DNA of 64,000 bases from positions 6,634,001-6,698,000 of the forward strand of contig OX597842.1 in NCBI GenBank assembly GCA_951406725.2, in the 5' to 3' direction. The position numbers and the translations under genes are program-made. The stretch comes from Octopus vulgaris. Lineage: Eukaryota. Positions 14,167 through 28,058 of this stretch are shown here, piece by piece. The notes beneath the pieces are model-generated. The model did no database searches. It had not been told where the DNA came from and worked only from the letters and a program-made list of their open reading frames with translations. The first letter of the stretch is position 1. Every line of letters begins with the position of its first letter.

Positions 14167-15641
14167 TAAAGTAAGGGTAGTAAATCCCGCACGACTATTC
14201 TGCATGGTTTAGGGGAGATAATTTATGATTTTGGCTTGTTCTCTTCATCTGTTGATCTCTTTGAAATCTGGGTATTTAAAAAATAATTTAAAACTTCGAG
14301 GAACCCATACTAATGCTCGAGTGTCTTGAGAAATATACTCTCTCTTTTACTCTTTTACTTGTTTCAGTCATTTGACTGCGGCTATGCTGGAGCACCGCCT
14401 TTAATCGAGCAAATCGACCCCGGGACTTATTCTTTTGTAAGCCTAGTACTTATTCTATCGGCCTCTTTTGCCGAACCGCTAAGTCACGGTTACGTAAACA
14501 CACCAGCATTGGTTGTCAAGCGATGTTGAAGGGACAAACACAGACACACACACATATATATATATATACATATATACGACGGGCTTCTTTCAGTTTCTGT
14601 CTACCAAATCCACTCACAAGGCTTTGGTCGGCCCGGGGCTATAGTAGAAGACACTTGCCCAAGGTGCCACGCAGTGGGACTGAACCCGGAACCATGTGGT
14701 TGGTAAGCAAGCTACTTACCACACAGCCACTCCTGCGCCTATATGTACTTATTATTTCTTATAATTTATCATAATTTTGTTTTACATAATTTTTGTTTTG
14801 TTTTACACAAATAAAACAGTTTTCTGCCTTTTTTTTCTTGTAGGCGCAGGCGTGGCTGTGTGGTATGAAGTTTGCTTCCCAACCACATGGTTCTGGGTTC
14901 AATTCCAATATGTGTCTTCTACTATAGTCTTGAGCCGACCAAAGCCTTGTTTGTGGATTTGGTAAATGGAAACTGAAAGAAGCCTGTCGTATGTGTGTGT
15001 GTCTGTGTATCTGTGATGTCCCCCGTTACCACTTGACAACCAGCATTGGTGTGTTTACGTCCCTGTAAGTTAGCGGTTCAGCAAAAGAAGCTGATAAAAT
15101 AAGTACCAGGCTTTTAAAAGACATGGAAAAGTACAGCAATCAATTAGTTTAACTAAAATCCCTCCAGGCAGTGCTCCATCATGGCCGCAGTCTAATAACT
15201 TAAACAATCAAATGATAAAAGGTAGATGTAGGCGTAACCATGTGGTAAGAAGCTTGCTTCCCAACCATATGATTCCATGTTCAGTCTCACCTTTAGTCTA
15301 GCAAATTGACCCCAGGACTTTTCTTTGTAAGCCTAGTACTTATTCTATCGGTCTCTTATGCCGAACCGCTAAGTGACGGGGACGTAAACACACCAGCATC
15401 AGTTGTCTAGCAATGTTGGGGGGACAAACACAGACACACAGACATATACACACACATACTTATATATATATACATATATACGACAAGCTTCTTTCAGTTT
15501 CCATCTACCAAATCCACTCACAAGGCTTTGGTCAGCCTGAGGCTATAGCAGAAGACACTTGCCCAACGTGCCACGCAGTGGGACTGAACCCGGAACCATG
15601 TGGTTGGTAAGCAAGCTACTTACCACACAGCCACTCCTACG

Positions 15642-15701
<60 letters not shown>

Positions 15702-15704
<3 letters not shown>

Positions 15705-15918
15705 CGGAGTAAACACATAAATGTGAAACAAGGTGGAAAAAAGAGTACTCAAATACCAGGGGTATAGTAATATGCTTTATTTAAAGCAGCAGAAAATTCA
15801 ACAAAACCTGTTACTCTGAGTTTCCCGTTGCCGTTCATTGGACAGTTTTTGCTAGCAAAATAAAGCATATTACTCTACCACTGGTATTTGAGTACTCTTT
15901 TTTCCACCTTGTTTCACA
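15702..15918. repeat. Inverted repeat (about 80-bp arms) in (TA)n, Penelope-terminus-like
   Basis: accggagtaaacacataaatgtg... and its reverse complement; the spacer holds a degenerate hammerhead-like motif on the minus strand. Confidence 0.65.
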
Positions 15919-16677
15919 TTTATGTGTTTACTCCGGTGTATATATATATATATATATATGAAGAGTGAGGGGGCAATTATGTGAATAAACAAATTAGATA
16001 CATTAATTTATATTAATTATATTAGATATAATAGTTTGGGTATTCAATACAATGTACATGTATATATGTATATATGTATGAGAGAAAGCAGAAGGTGGAG
16101 ACATTCAGATGATGTTTTTTCAAGTATAAACATATAGATATTTATACTCGAAAATTCATCATTAGTACCCTCCTTTAGTACCCTCATTATTAACCCCTCA
16201 CTCTTCCTGAACTACCTTTTTTCCCCTCACCAACCTTCCTACTACCCTCTCCTCTAATACAGTTAACTCTCCACATTTGTGTGAGTTGGTCCAACTTTCA
16301 CAAAGTACAAATGACAAAGAATATTAAAGGGACAGAAGAAAGGTGTTATAAGTTCAACAGCTGTTTTTAGGACTCAGAATTCCATAATAATATTAATAGG
16401 TGTAGTTCATCAGAACATGCAGCCAACCTTCCTACTTTCCCCCTCCTCTAATACAGCTAGCTCTCCACATTTAATCATTCCATCTTTGGGCTTCTCTGCA
16501 TCAAGATTTGAAATGTAAGATCTTCTCAACCTGATGACGGAGGCCCATCTTATCCAATATTAATTGCATCCATACAGCTGCATATTGTAATGAACTACAT
16601 CTATCAACATTATTGTGGATTTCTGAACCCCTAGAAACAGCTGTTGGGCCTATAACATCTTTCTTCCACCCCTTTAA

Positions 16678-16898
16678 CCCTTTCATTACTGTATTTATTT
16701 TGAGATGCTCTGTGTTTCTTTCAATTACTTTAAATATAACAAAGAATTTGGTAAAATAACTTGGTTATCATTCAGCTGGTGTTAGGAACATAAATTGTGA
16801 CTAAGGTTTGGTGGAAGATTTTAATTCAAAACTTATGAAAACAAGACATTTGTACTTCAGAGCCAGAGCTGGTTTCAGCCAGGTTGGTAACGAAAGGT
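16678..16898. mobile_element. piggyBac-like MITE
   Basis: TTAA|CCCTTTC left end and GAAAGG(T)TT right end. Confidence 0.55.
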
Positions 16899-17018
16899 TT
16901 GATTTTCTCTGTCATTTGTACTTTGTGTAAGTTGGACTTATTAATATAAATATCTATATATTTATACATAAAAGTTCATCATCTGGAAGCCTGCACATTT
17001 TGCTTTCTCTCGTTTTGC

Positions 17019-17053
<35 letters not shown>

Positions 17054-17860
17054 TGGTTATACACTTTAGATGAGTTGTAGTGCACCTGAGCACTGTACAC
17101 AATTATTATTATTATTATTATATTATTATTTTTATTATTATTATATATATGTAGTGAATCTTTCATACATGAAGTGGATTCGATCCACCATAGCCAAATT
17201 TAAATTAACACTGCTACAGAACTTTTCCAACGAGGGAACAATGGTTTTTCTCTGACAGCAGTTTTACATTTTCCAGATGCCTTTAGCTAGGCCTGTAATA
17301 ATGTCTTCACCACTTGACCCTTTCTAACCTCTTCTACTCCACCAAAAGCTAGTATAGAGATAACAAGACCACTAACTAAATCTATTGTTCTCAATGGTAT
17401 GTCTATCCTTCTGGATAGTTATAAAAGCAAGCATACTACAAGCAAAAATCAGTTAGTCACTGCAGTGACAACTCAGTGAGAACGAAGTCTGGCTGACCAG
17501 CTAGAGCTTTGGTGAGAGGGAGAAATGAAGTTTACTGTCAGCAATGTCCCATGCCCTACAATTCTCTCTAGCTCTAATTCTGTTCTCTTACAACATAATT
17601 CTACCTGTCTCAGCAATTACTACTAAACAATGAAGAGGACACAAACACAAACTTTACTTCGCATGCTTTTGGATGTATCATTAACCTGCCCGTTGAGGCT
17701 TGGTATTGTAACGAAACGGTTATAAAACTTAAAGCTTCATACATTGTGCATCTTTCTCATCTACACATCTTACAACATGCAATTATAATCACAAATTATT
17801 ATCGTTACCACTGCCTCCACCAACATTTCATAATAATAATATTTACTAAATAAAAACTGT

Positions 17861-17905
<45 letters not shown>

Positions 17906-18027
17906 TTTATATTTTATACCTATACTATTATATTTAATTGCAATTTTATTATCAGTCTGAATATGCTTCATACACATTTGAACTAGAGAACAAGCTACTC
18001 ACTACATAGTGTCACAGAGAATATACC

Positions 18028-18875
18028 TGATGTAGGTGTATGCACACCATTTGTAAACAAGCAAGATATATTCTCTGTGAAAAAACACCGTGAGGAATTT
18101 CTTCTTGAGTTCGAATGTGCATCAAGCATATTCAGACTGATAATAGTACTGCAATTTCACTTATCACAGCTTAGTGCTCCCGTTTTGTAATTTACTTACA
18201 GTGAGCCACCTTATAGCACTACCAGTCATTGTATGGTGACTGGAAAAACATAAGAGAGGTAATCTCTTAATTCAGCTCATAGTGTTGTGAAGGTGCATGG
18301 CTCAGTGGTTAGAGCATCAAGCTTACGATCGTGAGGTTTTGAGCTCGAATCCTGGACTGGGCTGTGTGTTGTGTTCTTGAGCAAGACACTTTATTTCACA
18401 CTGCTCCAGTTCACTCAGCTGTAGAAATGAGTCGCAACGTCACAGGTGCCAAGCTGTATTGACCCCTTTGCCTTTCCCTTGGATAACATCAGTGGTGTGG
18501 AGAGGGGAGGCTGGTATGCATGGGCGATTGCTGGCCTTCCATAAACAACTTTGCCCAGACTTGTGCTTGGGAGGGTAACTTTCTAGGTGCAAGCCCATGG
18601 TCAGTGTCATGACCAAAGGGGTCCACAAAAAAGTGTCGTCTGCCTGGTGTCTGTAACTGATGAGGAGATAACTACCCTGAAATGCTAGCATCTCACAGTC
18701 TAGGCAGATGGTGTGGCAAACTGATCTAGGTGTATGCACACCATTTGTCAACAAGCAAGATATATTCTCCATGACAAAACACAGTGAGGAGTTTGTTCTT
18801 CAGTTCGAATGTGCATCAAGCATATTTGGACTGATAACAACATTGCAACTTTACTTATCACAGCTTAGTGCTCCC
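18028..18875 (+). repeat. Direct repeats of about 155 bp (18028-18180, 18721-18875) around a tRNA-derived SINE (~18289-18622)
   Basis: ctgat.taggtgtatgcacaccatttgt... is duplicated. SINE head ggctcagtggttagagc...tcgaatcc; its 3' part recurs inverted at 30060-30255. Confidence 0.65.
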
Positions 18876-19134
18876 CCTCTGTAATTATATTTAATACATT
18901 TAATATATTCAATATATTTGATGTGTCACATTTGTTTATCTACCTAATTGCCTCTATACCCACTCAACTTCATCCCTCTTGTAGCCTTTCTTTACCTTGT
19001 GGATTTGATCCCCTGTAAAGCCATCAATGTCTAAGTTTGAATCTTTTAAGCACTACTAAGTGTCGTCTATATAGAAAATCTCTGGATCTCATCTATGAAC
19101 TTTATATGATGAATTGAATTACAATATTTTAAAT

Positions 19135-19800
19135 CTAGGTCTGTCCTCGTTAACGGGGGAGGCCGGATCTCCCTCACTCTTACAGCAACTGCTCTCACAC
19201 TGTCTCGCCCGGTTTTGAGCATCCTCCCTCCTCAAACCAACCCTCCCAAACTCCTCCTCCACCTGTCCCATCCACATTTTCTTTGGTGTTCCTCGCTTTC
19301 ACGGTTCATTTACTTTAAATTCAAGCACTCTCCTCAGAACACGCTCCTCATCTCTCATCAACACATGTCCATACCACCACACTCCATTCGCCTTTACCAG
19401 CTGTTCCACTGATTCCTCCAACCCCAGAATCCCATCAAGTCCTCAGCCCTCCTTTCATCCAATAGTTTCACACCACACATTGCTCTCTTGGTCCTTCTCA
19501 AAATTGCCATTTCGCTTTTCCTCAGACACTATGCCTCACTCCCATCCAACATTGCAAATCTCCCACAACTCTATCAAACCTTTCCTTTCATCTTCAAGGA
19601 GAACCTTTTCCCACATAACACTCCACATTCCCTCAACTTCATCCATCCAAGTCTCACTTTTGCTGTCACAGCTGCTTCACATCCACCACTTACATCCACC
19701 CTATCTCCCAAAAAACAAAACCCTCTCACTGGTTCTACTAGCCCTCCAGCTCCTTTCTCACATCTTCCACAAATAAAATCTCTTGCCAGCTCTGAAAAAG
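19135..19800 (-). mobile_element. Degenerate RTE-like LINE 3' fragment
   Basis: Minus strand reads a C-terminal RG.PKKMWMGQVEEE...GLRREDAQNR segment typical of RTE ORF ends. Confidence 0.55.
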
Positions 19801-19801
19801 C

Positions 19802-19836
<35 letters not shown>

Positions 19837-20061
19837 TTTTATTTGTTTCAGTAATTTGACTCTAGTCATGCTGGAGCACTGCCTTTAGCCAAACAAATCA
19901 ACCTCATGACTTACTCTTTGTAAGCTTAGTACTTATTCTATCGGTCTCTTTTGCCAAACCAGTAAGTTATGGGGACATATACACACCAACATTGGTCAGG
20001 TGATGGTGGGGGACAAACACAAACAGAGACACAGAAATACATTCACATACAAACAGATATG

Positions 20062-20285
20062 TAGAGGGGTTGGACAAAATAATGGAAGCACCTTAAAATT
20101 TCAAACAAAATTTATTTTAATATGGGGTAGGACCCCCTTTGGCAGTAATTATAGCTTGAATTCTACAAGGTATGAACTTGTACAAAGTTTGAATTGTTCC
20201 AAAGTAATTTTTGTCCATTCTTCAGCTAAAACAGTCTCCAGTTCTTGTAGTGATGATAGTGGAGGATATCAACTACTTACTTGTA
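20062..20285 (-). mobile_element. Tc1 transposon 3' end fragment
   Basis: TIR aggggttggacaaaataatggaa.cacc and minus-strand ...RIQAIITAKGGPTPY* C-terminus. Confidence 0.7.
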
Positions 20286-20327
20286 GTCATGGTGATACAT
20301 ATATATGTATGTATATATATATATATA

Positions 20328-20890
20328 GCAATAATAAATCTCTGAACGAGATGTAAACAGTAACCACTCGACAACATAAAGTATACTAGCCATCTCAATA
20401 TGGCTAACCACTAAGGGTGGGTGTTACTGTAGGTTTTAGCCCCAGGAAATCATCGTCTCCAGCTGGCTTTAGGCACACTATTTGTGCCCTTATAGTATTT
20501 GCAAAGGGAGGCCATCCCTTTCTCGTAAGCCTAAGTGATACGCACGGACTGCAGTTTCGAGGTATTTGCCTCTTGTCAACATACGGTAATCACCGGTTTA
20601 CGATGAAAAGGAAGACCTTAAGTGTTTTTCTAGTAACTTCCGTCACTGATTTCGAAAAACTGTCAGCAAGCAATAATAAATCTCTGAACGAGATGTAAAC
20701 AGTAACCGCCCGACAACGTAAAGTATAATAGCCATCTCAATATGGCTAACCACTAAGGGTGGGTGTTACTGTAGGTTTTAGCCCCAGGAAATCATCGTCT
20801 CCAGCTGGCTTTAGGCACACTATCCGTGTGTATCATTTAGGCTTACGAGAGAATGATGACCTCCCTTTGCAAATACCATAAGGGTGACAT
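20328..20890. repeat. 340-bp-period direct duplication with inverted pieces, Helitron-family related
   Basis: gcaataataaatctctgaacgagatg... at 20328 and 20669; shares gccatctcaatatggctaaccac with the Helitron at 46001. Confidence 0.6.
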
Positions 20891-21243
20891 ATATATATAT
20901 ATCTACTACATACATTATTTACATTTGATGGATATCTGTCCTCATTTTGTTTGTTGTTGACGCAATGTTATGGCTCCAGCCTTCATCAAGTGTCTTGGGG
21001 AAATTTCGAACCTGGTTTCTCATTCCTAAGTTATTTTTCAAGATTTTGAGTTCGATTAATAATAATAATAATAATAATAACAACAACAACAACAGGAACA
21101 TCAAAAAATACCTTGGGAATGAGAACCCAGGTTCCAAATTTCCCCAAGACATCTAATAAAACATTGCGTTAACAACAAACAAGATGAGGACAAATATCCG
21201 TCAAATGCAAATAATGTAAATAAGGTACATAATTCCTGTAATA

Positions 21244-22139
21244 TCTACTACACATGTGAGAAATTCTGTCTGTGGGTGTGTTTGTGGAGTTGTTAGCTAA
21301 CTCCTTCTACATCGTTTTATAGATTTTGATGAAACTTGACACGTGAATAGAACTCATGTCTGGAAACCTCATGGCATACTCTGATTGTTGAAAAAATTGA
21401 TAATAGAGTCCCTGGAAGGGATCCTTATATATATCTAATATATTTCATTTTAACAGCCAAGGGAAATAACCCGTTCGCCCAGCTTTCAACACCCAAGGGA
21501 AATAACTCATTCATTTTCCTAAATCATTTGGTATAAATCAAACCGAGTATGCTTATTTCTTAGTATTTGAACTGTTAGAGTTATTTTCGCAATTTATCCA
21601 GTACAACCCTTAAACAAGTAAATAGTATTTTTCTAAACAATAGATCCACTTATTTCGGTTAGTGACTTATTCACGAATATACCAACACTAGCACCCCTGA
21701 GGGTAATATTCTCTGGGAACACACAAAAGCCCTTTTCAGAGTTATTTACTTTGAATTGTTATTATTTCTGATTAGCCTGTTATTACTTAACATGCTTCAC
21801 GATTTTAGTATACATACATTATTAGTATTTCCTCCAAAGTTCTATGTACTCTGGGAACGTATTGAAGCCCTGTTTGGGACTACTTTATTTGAATTCTTAC
21901 TATTGGGTAACTAATTTCATTATTACATAACTGATTTCACAATTTGGGTATTCGTAACTTATTGGGAATTCCTAAAAACAAGATCCTGTGAAAGACTGTT
22001 TGGTACTCTCTCTAAATGCACAAAAACCGTTTTAAGGGTTACATACTTTGTATTGTTGTTATTGGATTTGCGAAATTTTTGAGAATGGAACGAAGGGATA
22101 AGCCCCACTTTCCTGAGAATTATCGGGTACGTCAGCTAG
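21244..22139 (+). mobile_element. Non-autonomous Helitron-like element
   Basis: A|TCTACTAC 5' start; degenerate hairpin then CTAG|T 3' end. Confidence 0.55.
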
Positions 22140-22718
22140 TATATATATCTGTGTGTGTGTGTACGATGTGTCTCTTTCAGTTTCTGTCACAAGTTTTTGG
22201 TTGACCTGAGGCTAAAGAAGAAGACACTTACCCAAAAGTAAAATGTGTACAAGACAAAAATAGAGGAATACATACAGGCAGAAAGATGTTCAGGTTATGT
22301 ATATAACTAATTGTATTTGACCGAGTCTATCGATAGCCCTGAAGCTAATCAAGAACCATACATTGTATGGTCTATAAAAATACTTTGGATCTATGCAAGA
22401 TGGAGGTTCTGAGAAAGGTGAATAATAAATGAATAAAAAACAACAGATGGATAATGTGTCAATTCACTACACCTGTTTCCAATGAATTTTTAATTAATTA
22501 ATGGAGACATTACATCGTTAGAAATGACAAGTAAGGGTCATGGAATCATGAAGGTGCACATGCCATAAGCTTTTTTAATGTTTTTATGTCATAATTCATA
22601 TATTCACCTGATGAAAATAGTTTTTTCTAATGATGTAATGACTCCATTTATCAGTTAAAAATTTGCTGGAAACACTTGTAGTGAATTGACACATTATCCA
22701 TCTGTTGAAATTTATACG

Positions 22719-22782
<64 letters not shown>

Positions 22783-22785
<3 letters not shown>

Positions 22786-25700
22786 AACCTGTGGAAGAGA
22801 CAGACCCAGGAAAACCTGGGACGAGGTGGTGAAGCACAACCTTCGAACTTTAGGTCCCACTGAGGAAATGACTAGAGACCGAGTCCTCTGGAAGTGCGCT
22901 GTGCGCGAGAAGACCCGGCAGGACAAGTGAGTCCATAACCCGTGGCCTTCTACATGGGATGGAGCCAGCCTACGTATGCATACCTTCCCTTCTTGGGACA
23001 CAAAACTCTACTTGTGAAGACCTGTTGAGGCAAGTGAGGATCAGAATCGAATCGATCAATGGAAATTGCAGATGTGTTACCAGTGCTGGTGGCATGTCGA
23101 AACTCTACTTGTGAAGACCTGTTGAGGCAAGTGAAGATCAGAATGGAAATCGATCAATGGAAATTGCAGATGTGTTACCAGTGCTGGTGGCATGTCGAAA
23201 CTCTACTTGTGAAGACCTGTTGAGGCAAGTGAGGATCAGAATGGAAATCGATCAATGGAAATTGCAGATGTGTTACCAGTGCTGGTGGCATGTCGAAACT
23301 CTACTTGTGAAGACCTGTTGAGGCAAGTGAGGATCAGAATGGAAATCGATCAATGGAAATTGCAGATGTGTTACCAGTGCTGGTGGCATGTCGAAACTCT
23401 ACTTGTGAAGACCCGTTGAGGCAAGTGAGGATCAGAATGGAAATCGATCAATGGAAATTGCAGATGTGTTACCAGTGCTGGTGGCATGTCGAAACTCTAC
23501 TTGTGAAGACCCGTTGAGGCAAGTGAGGATCAGAATGGAAATCGATCAATGGAAATTGCAGATGTGTTACCAGTGCTGGTGGCATGTCGAAACTCTACTT
23601 GTGAAGACCCGTTGAGGCAAGTGAGGATCAGAATGGAAATCGATCAATGGAAATTGCAGATGTGTTACCAGTGCTGGTGGCATGTCGAAACTCTACTTGT
23701 GAAGACCTGTTGAGGCAAGTGAGGATCAGAATCGAATCGATCAATGGAAATTGCAGATGTGTTACCAGTGCTGGTGGCATGTCGAAACTCTACTTGTGAA
23801 GACCTGTTGAGGCAAGTGAGGATCAGAATCGAATCGATCAATGGAAATTGCAGATGTGTTACCAGTGCTGGTGGCATGTCGAAACTCTACTTGTGAAGAC
23901 CTGTTGAGGCAAGTGAGGATCAGAATGGAAATCGATCAATGGAAATTGCAGATGTGTTACCAGTGCTGGTGGCATGTCGAAACTCTACTTGTGAAGACCT
24001 GTTGAGGCAAGTGAGGATCAGAATGGAAATCGATCAATGGAAATTGCAGATGTGTTACCAGTGCTGGTGGCATGTCGAAACTCTACTTGTGAAGACCTGT
24101 TGAGGCAAGTGAGGATCAGAATGGAAATCGATCAATGGAAATTGCAGATGTGTTACCAGTGCTGGTGGCATGTCGAAACTCTACTTGTGAAGACCCGTTG
24201 AGGCAAGTGAGGATCAGAATGGAAATCGATCAATGGAAATTGCAGATGTGTTACCAGTGCTGGTGGCATGTCGAAACTCTACTTGTGAAGACCCGTTGAG
24301 GCAAGTGAGGATCAGAATGGAAATCGATCAATGGAAATTGCAGATGTGTTACCAGTGCTGGTGGCATGTCGAAACTCTACTTGTGAAGACCCGTTGAGGC
24401 AAGTGAGGATCAGAATGGAAATCGATCAATGGAAATTGCAGATGTGTTACCAGTGCTGGTGGCATGTCGAAACTCTACTTGTGAAGACCTGTTGAGGCAA
24501 GTGAGGATCAGAATCGAATCGATCAATGGAAATTGCAGATGTGTTACCAGTGCTGGTGGCATGTCGAAACTCTACTTGTGAAGACCTGTTGAGGCAAGTG
24601 AGGATCAGAATCGAATCGATCAATGGAAATTGCAGATGTGTTACCAGTGCTGGTGGCATGTCGAAACTCTACTTGTGAAGACCTGTTGAGGCAAGTGAGG
24701 ATCAGAATGGAAATCGATCAATGGAAATTGCAGATGTGTTACCAGTGCTGGTGGCATGTCGAAACTCTACTTGTGAAGACCTGTTGAGGCAAGTGAGGAT
24801 CAGAATGGAAATCGATCAATGGAAATTGCAGATGTGTTACCAGTGCTGGTGGCATGTCGAAACTCTACTTGTGAAGACCTGTTGAGGCAAGTGAGGATCA
24901 GAATGGAAATCGATCAATGGAAATTGCAGATGTGTTACCAGTGCTGGTGGCATGTCGAAACTCTACTTGTGAAGACCTGTTGAGGCAAGTGAGGATCAGA
25001 ATGGAAATCGATCAATGGAAATTGCAGATGTGTTACCAGTGCTGGTGGCATGTCGAAACTCTACTTGTGAAGACCCGTTGAGGCAAGTGAGGATCAGAAT
25101 GGAAATCGATCAATGGAAATTGCAGATGTGTTACCAGTGCTGGTGGCATGTCGAAACTCTACTTGTGAAGACCTGTTGAGGCAAGTGAGGATCAGAATGG
25201 AAATCGATCAATGGAAATTGCAGATGTGTTACCAGTGCTGGTGGCATGTCGAAACTCTACTTGTGAAGACCCGTTGAGGCAAGTGAGGATCAGAATGGAA
25301 ATCGATCAATGGAAATTGCAGATGTGTTACCAGTGCTGGTGGCATGTCGAAACTCTACTTGTGAAGACCTGTTGAGGCAAGTGAGGATCAGAATGGAAAT
25401 CGATCAATGGAAATTGCAGATGTGTTACCAGTGCTGGTGGCATGTCGAAACTCTACTTGTGAAGACCTGTTGAGGCAAGTGAGGATCAGAATGGAAATCG
25501 ATCAATGGAAATTGCAGATGTGTTACCAGTGCTGGCGGCATGTCGAAACTCTACTTGTGAAGACCCGTTGAGGCAAGTGAGGATCAGAATGGAAATCGAT
25601 CAATGGAAATTGCAGATGTGTTACCAGTGCCGGTGGCATGTCGAAACTCTACTTGTGAAGACCTGTTGAGGCAAGTGAGGATCAGAATGGAAATCGATCA

Positions 25701-26099
25701 ATGGAAATTGCAGATGTGTTACCAGTGCCGGTGGCATATAAGAGAACCTTCCATTTCACGACCGTTGTCAGCACCGCCCCGTTTCGTGTCCGTTGCCAGC
25801 ACCGCCCCGTTTCGTGTCCGTTGCCAGCCTCGCCTGGCTCTCGTGCCGGTGGCACATAAAAAGCACCATCCATTCGTGGCCGTTTGCCAGCTCTCTCTGG
25901 CACCTGTGCAGGTGGCACGTAAAAAGCACCCATTACACTCACGGAGTGGTTGGCGTTAGAAAGGGCATCCAGCCGTAGAAACACTGCCAGATTTGACTGG
26001 GCCTGATGAAGCCTTCTGGCTTCACAGACCCCAGTAGAACCATCCAACCCATGCTAGCATGGAAAACGGATGCTAAACGACGATGATGATGATGATGAT
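22783..26099 (+). mobile_element. 5'-truncated RTE LINE (ORF C-terminus, expanded 3' UTR, (GAT)n tail)
   Basis: GTCGRDRPRKTWDEVVKHNLRTLGPTEEMTRDRVLWKCAVREKTRQDK* matches the 9164-9526 RTE C-terminus; the canonical 3' end follows the satellite. Confidence 0.88.
23003..25737 (+). repeat. Tandem satellite, 28 x 97/98-bp monomers, with 782-bp (8-mer) higher-order repeat
   Basis: Monomer aaactctacttgtgaagacctgttgaggcaagtgaggatcagaatggaaatcgatcaatggaaattgcagatgtgttaccagtgctggtggcatgtcg; the variant pattern restarts at 23003, 23785 and 24567. Confidence 0.95.
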
Positions 26100-27319
26100 A
26101 TATATATATAGGTGCAGGAGTGGCTGTGTGGTAAGTAGCTTGCTTACCAACCACATGGTTCCGGGTTCAGTCACCTTCTACTATAGCTTCGGGCCGACCA
26201 AAGCCTTTGTGAGTGGATTTGGTAGATGAAAACTGAAAGAAGCCCGTCGTATATATGTATATATATGTGCATGTGTGTGTGTTTGTGTGTCTGTTTGTCC
26301 TCCCCCACCAACATCGCTTGACAACTGATGGTGGTTTGCTTACATCCCCATAACTTAGCGGTTTGACAAAAGAGACCGATAGAGTAAGTACTAGGCTTAC
26401 AAAGAATAAGTCCTGGGGTCGATTTCCTCGGCTAAAGGCAGTGCTCCAGCATGGCCGCAGTCAAATGACTGAAACAAGTAAAAGAGTAAAAGAGTAAAGA
26501 GTATATATATATATATATATATATACCAAATTCATTCACAAGGCATTACTTGGCTTGGGGCAATAGTAAAAGACACTTACCCAAGGTGCCATGTGGCATG
26601 ATTGAACTCAAACTCATATGGTTGCAAAGTGTGCTTCTTAGTCTCACAGCCATGACTGCGCATTTTTAATGCTCACCACATTAAATACAGTTTAATTCTA
26701 ACTTAGCAATTGCTTTCCATGTAGATAGATTCCCCAAGTAATTAACTGCAAAAATTATGATTATTTTGCAAGCATATTCAGATACAATCTTGTACATCTA
26801 TTCAGTAAGTCTCTCTATGTTCACTGAAGAGCTTCTAATAAGGCTGAAACAAGTCCAGAATTATCTCCCATACATGTCCAATAGGATAAACGAAAAAAAA
26901 AAAAAACCAAAGAAATATTAGCTATTGAGATAATTAATTTCTTTTTTTTTCTTTTTGACTTCACTGCATAAAATATATTTAAAATTAATTTTGGTTGTTC
27001 ATTGCATATGTTTTGAACTTGTTTAATTATTATGATAATATTGGTATTTCTTTTTGTGTAAAAACATCTAAATCTGTTGGCTGTGAGTCAGCCATTGTGG
27101 TTTTATATTCTGCAAGCAACTCTGCACTACCAAATTTGGAAGCTGCTGATATTCCAACGTTTGTAGCTATATTTATAGAACGAGATTCACTGAAAGTTAT
27201 TCATGACTCTTGGGACTCCAGTTATTATCAGTTTCTTGATGATTTCACTTGTTTATTCTTCATAATAAACAATAAGGTCCTTTTAGTGAAACATAAGAAA
27301 AGATTTATTTTTTGGAAAG

Positions 27320-28058
27320 TGTGTGCGTGTGTGTCTATGTGCGTATGTGCATGTATGTATCTGTCTGTGTGTGTGTCTATGTTTCTATTTGTGTTTGATT
27401 ATGTGTGTTAATATGTAAGCATATATATGTAAATGTTATGTATATACATACACACATATATGTATGTTTGTGTGTGTGTGTGTGTGCATATATATATATG
27501 TGTGTATATGTATATATATGTGTGTATATTTATATACATACATATATGATATATATATTTATTTGTGTATGTATATGTATGTGTGCCTGTGTATATATAT
27601 GTGTGTGTGTGTGTGTGTATGTATATATACACACACACATACACGCATTTATATGTACATATATATGTGTGTGTGTTTGTATATATAAATACAAATGTAT
27701 ATATGTATGTGTACATATGTACGTGAGTGTGTACATGTACATATATATATATTCATATACACATGCTCATGCACACACACACACGCACACGCATGCGCAC
27801 ACATGCACACACATACACACACATGTATATGTACATATATGTGTGTGTGTGTTTGTATGTATAAATACAAGTTTATATATGTATGTGTACATGTGTATGT
27901 GAGCGTGTACATATGCATGTACATATATATATATATTCATATACACACACGTGCATGCACACACACACATGTGCGCATACACACACATGCGCGCACACAC
28001 ACACATGCACACACACACACATATACAGAGAGTGAAAAGAGAGGAGAGAGAGAGAGAT
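27320..28058. repeat. Degenerate alternating purine-pyrimidine microsatellite block
   Basis: (TG/TA/CA)n mosaic with an internal ~180-bp duplication. Confidence 0.9.

Noticed and set aside
18289-18365. tRNA gene
   Set aside because: The tRNA-like head continues into a SINE body; the same applies to the other box A/B heads.
23003-25737. Array as CRISPR or coding repeat
   Set aside because: No unique spacers; the short ORFs arise only from monomer length variants.
26995-27411. 138-aa plus-strand ORF, or a minus-strand exon starting at ~27279
   Set aside because: No recognisable motif; the plus ORF runs into microsatellite and the minus frames stop early. A non-coding or terminal exon cannot be excluded without RNA data.
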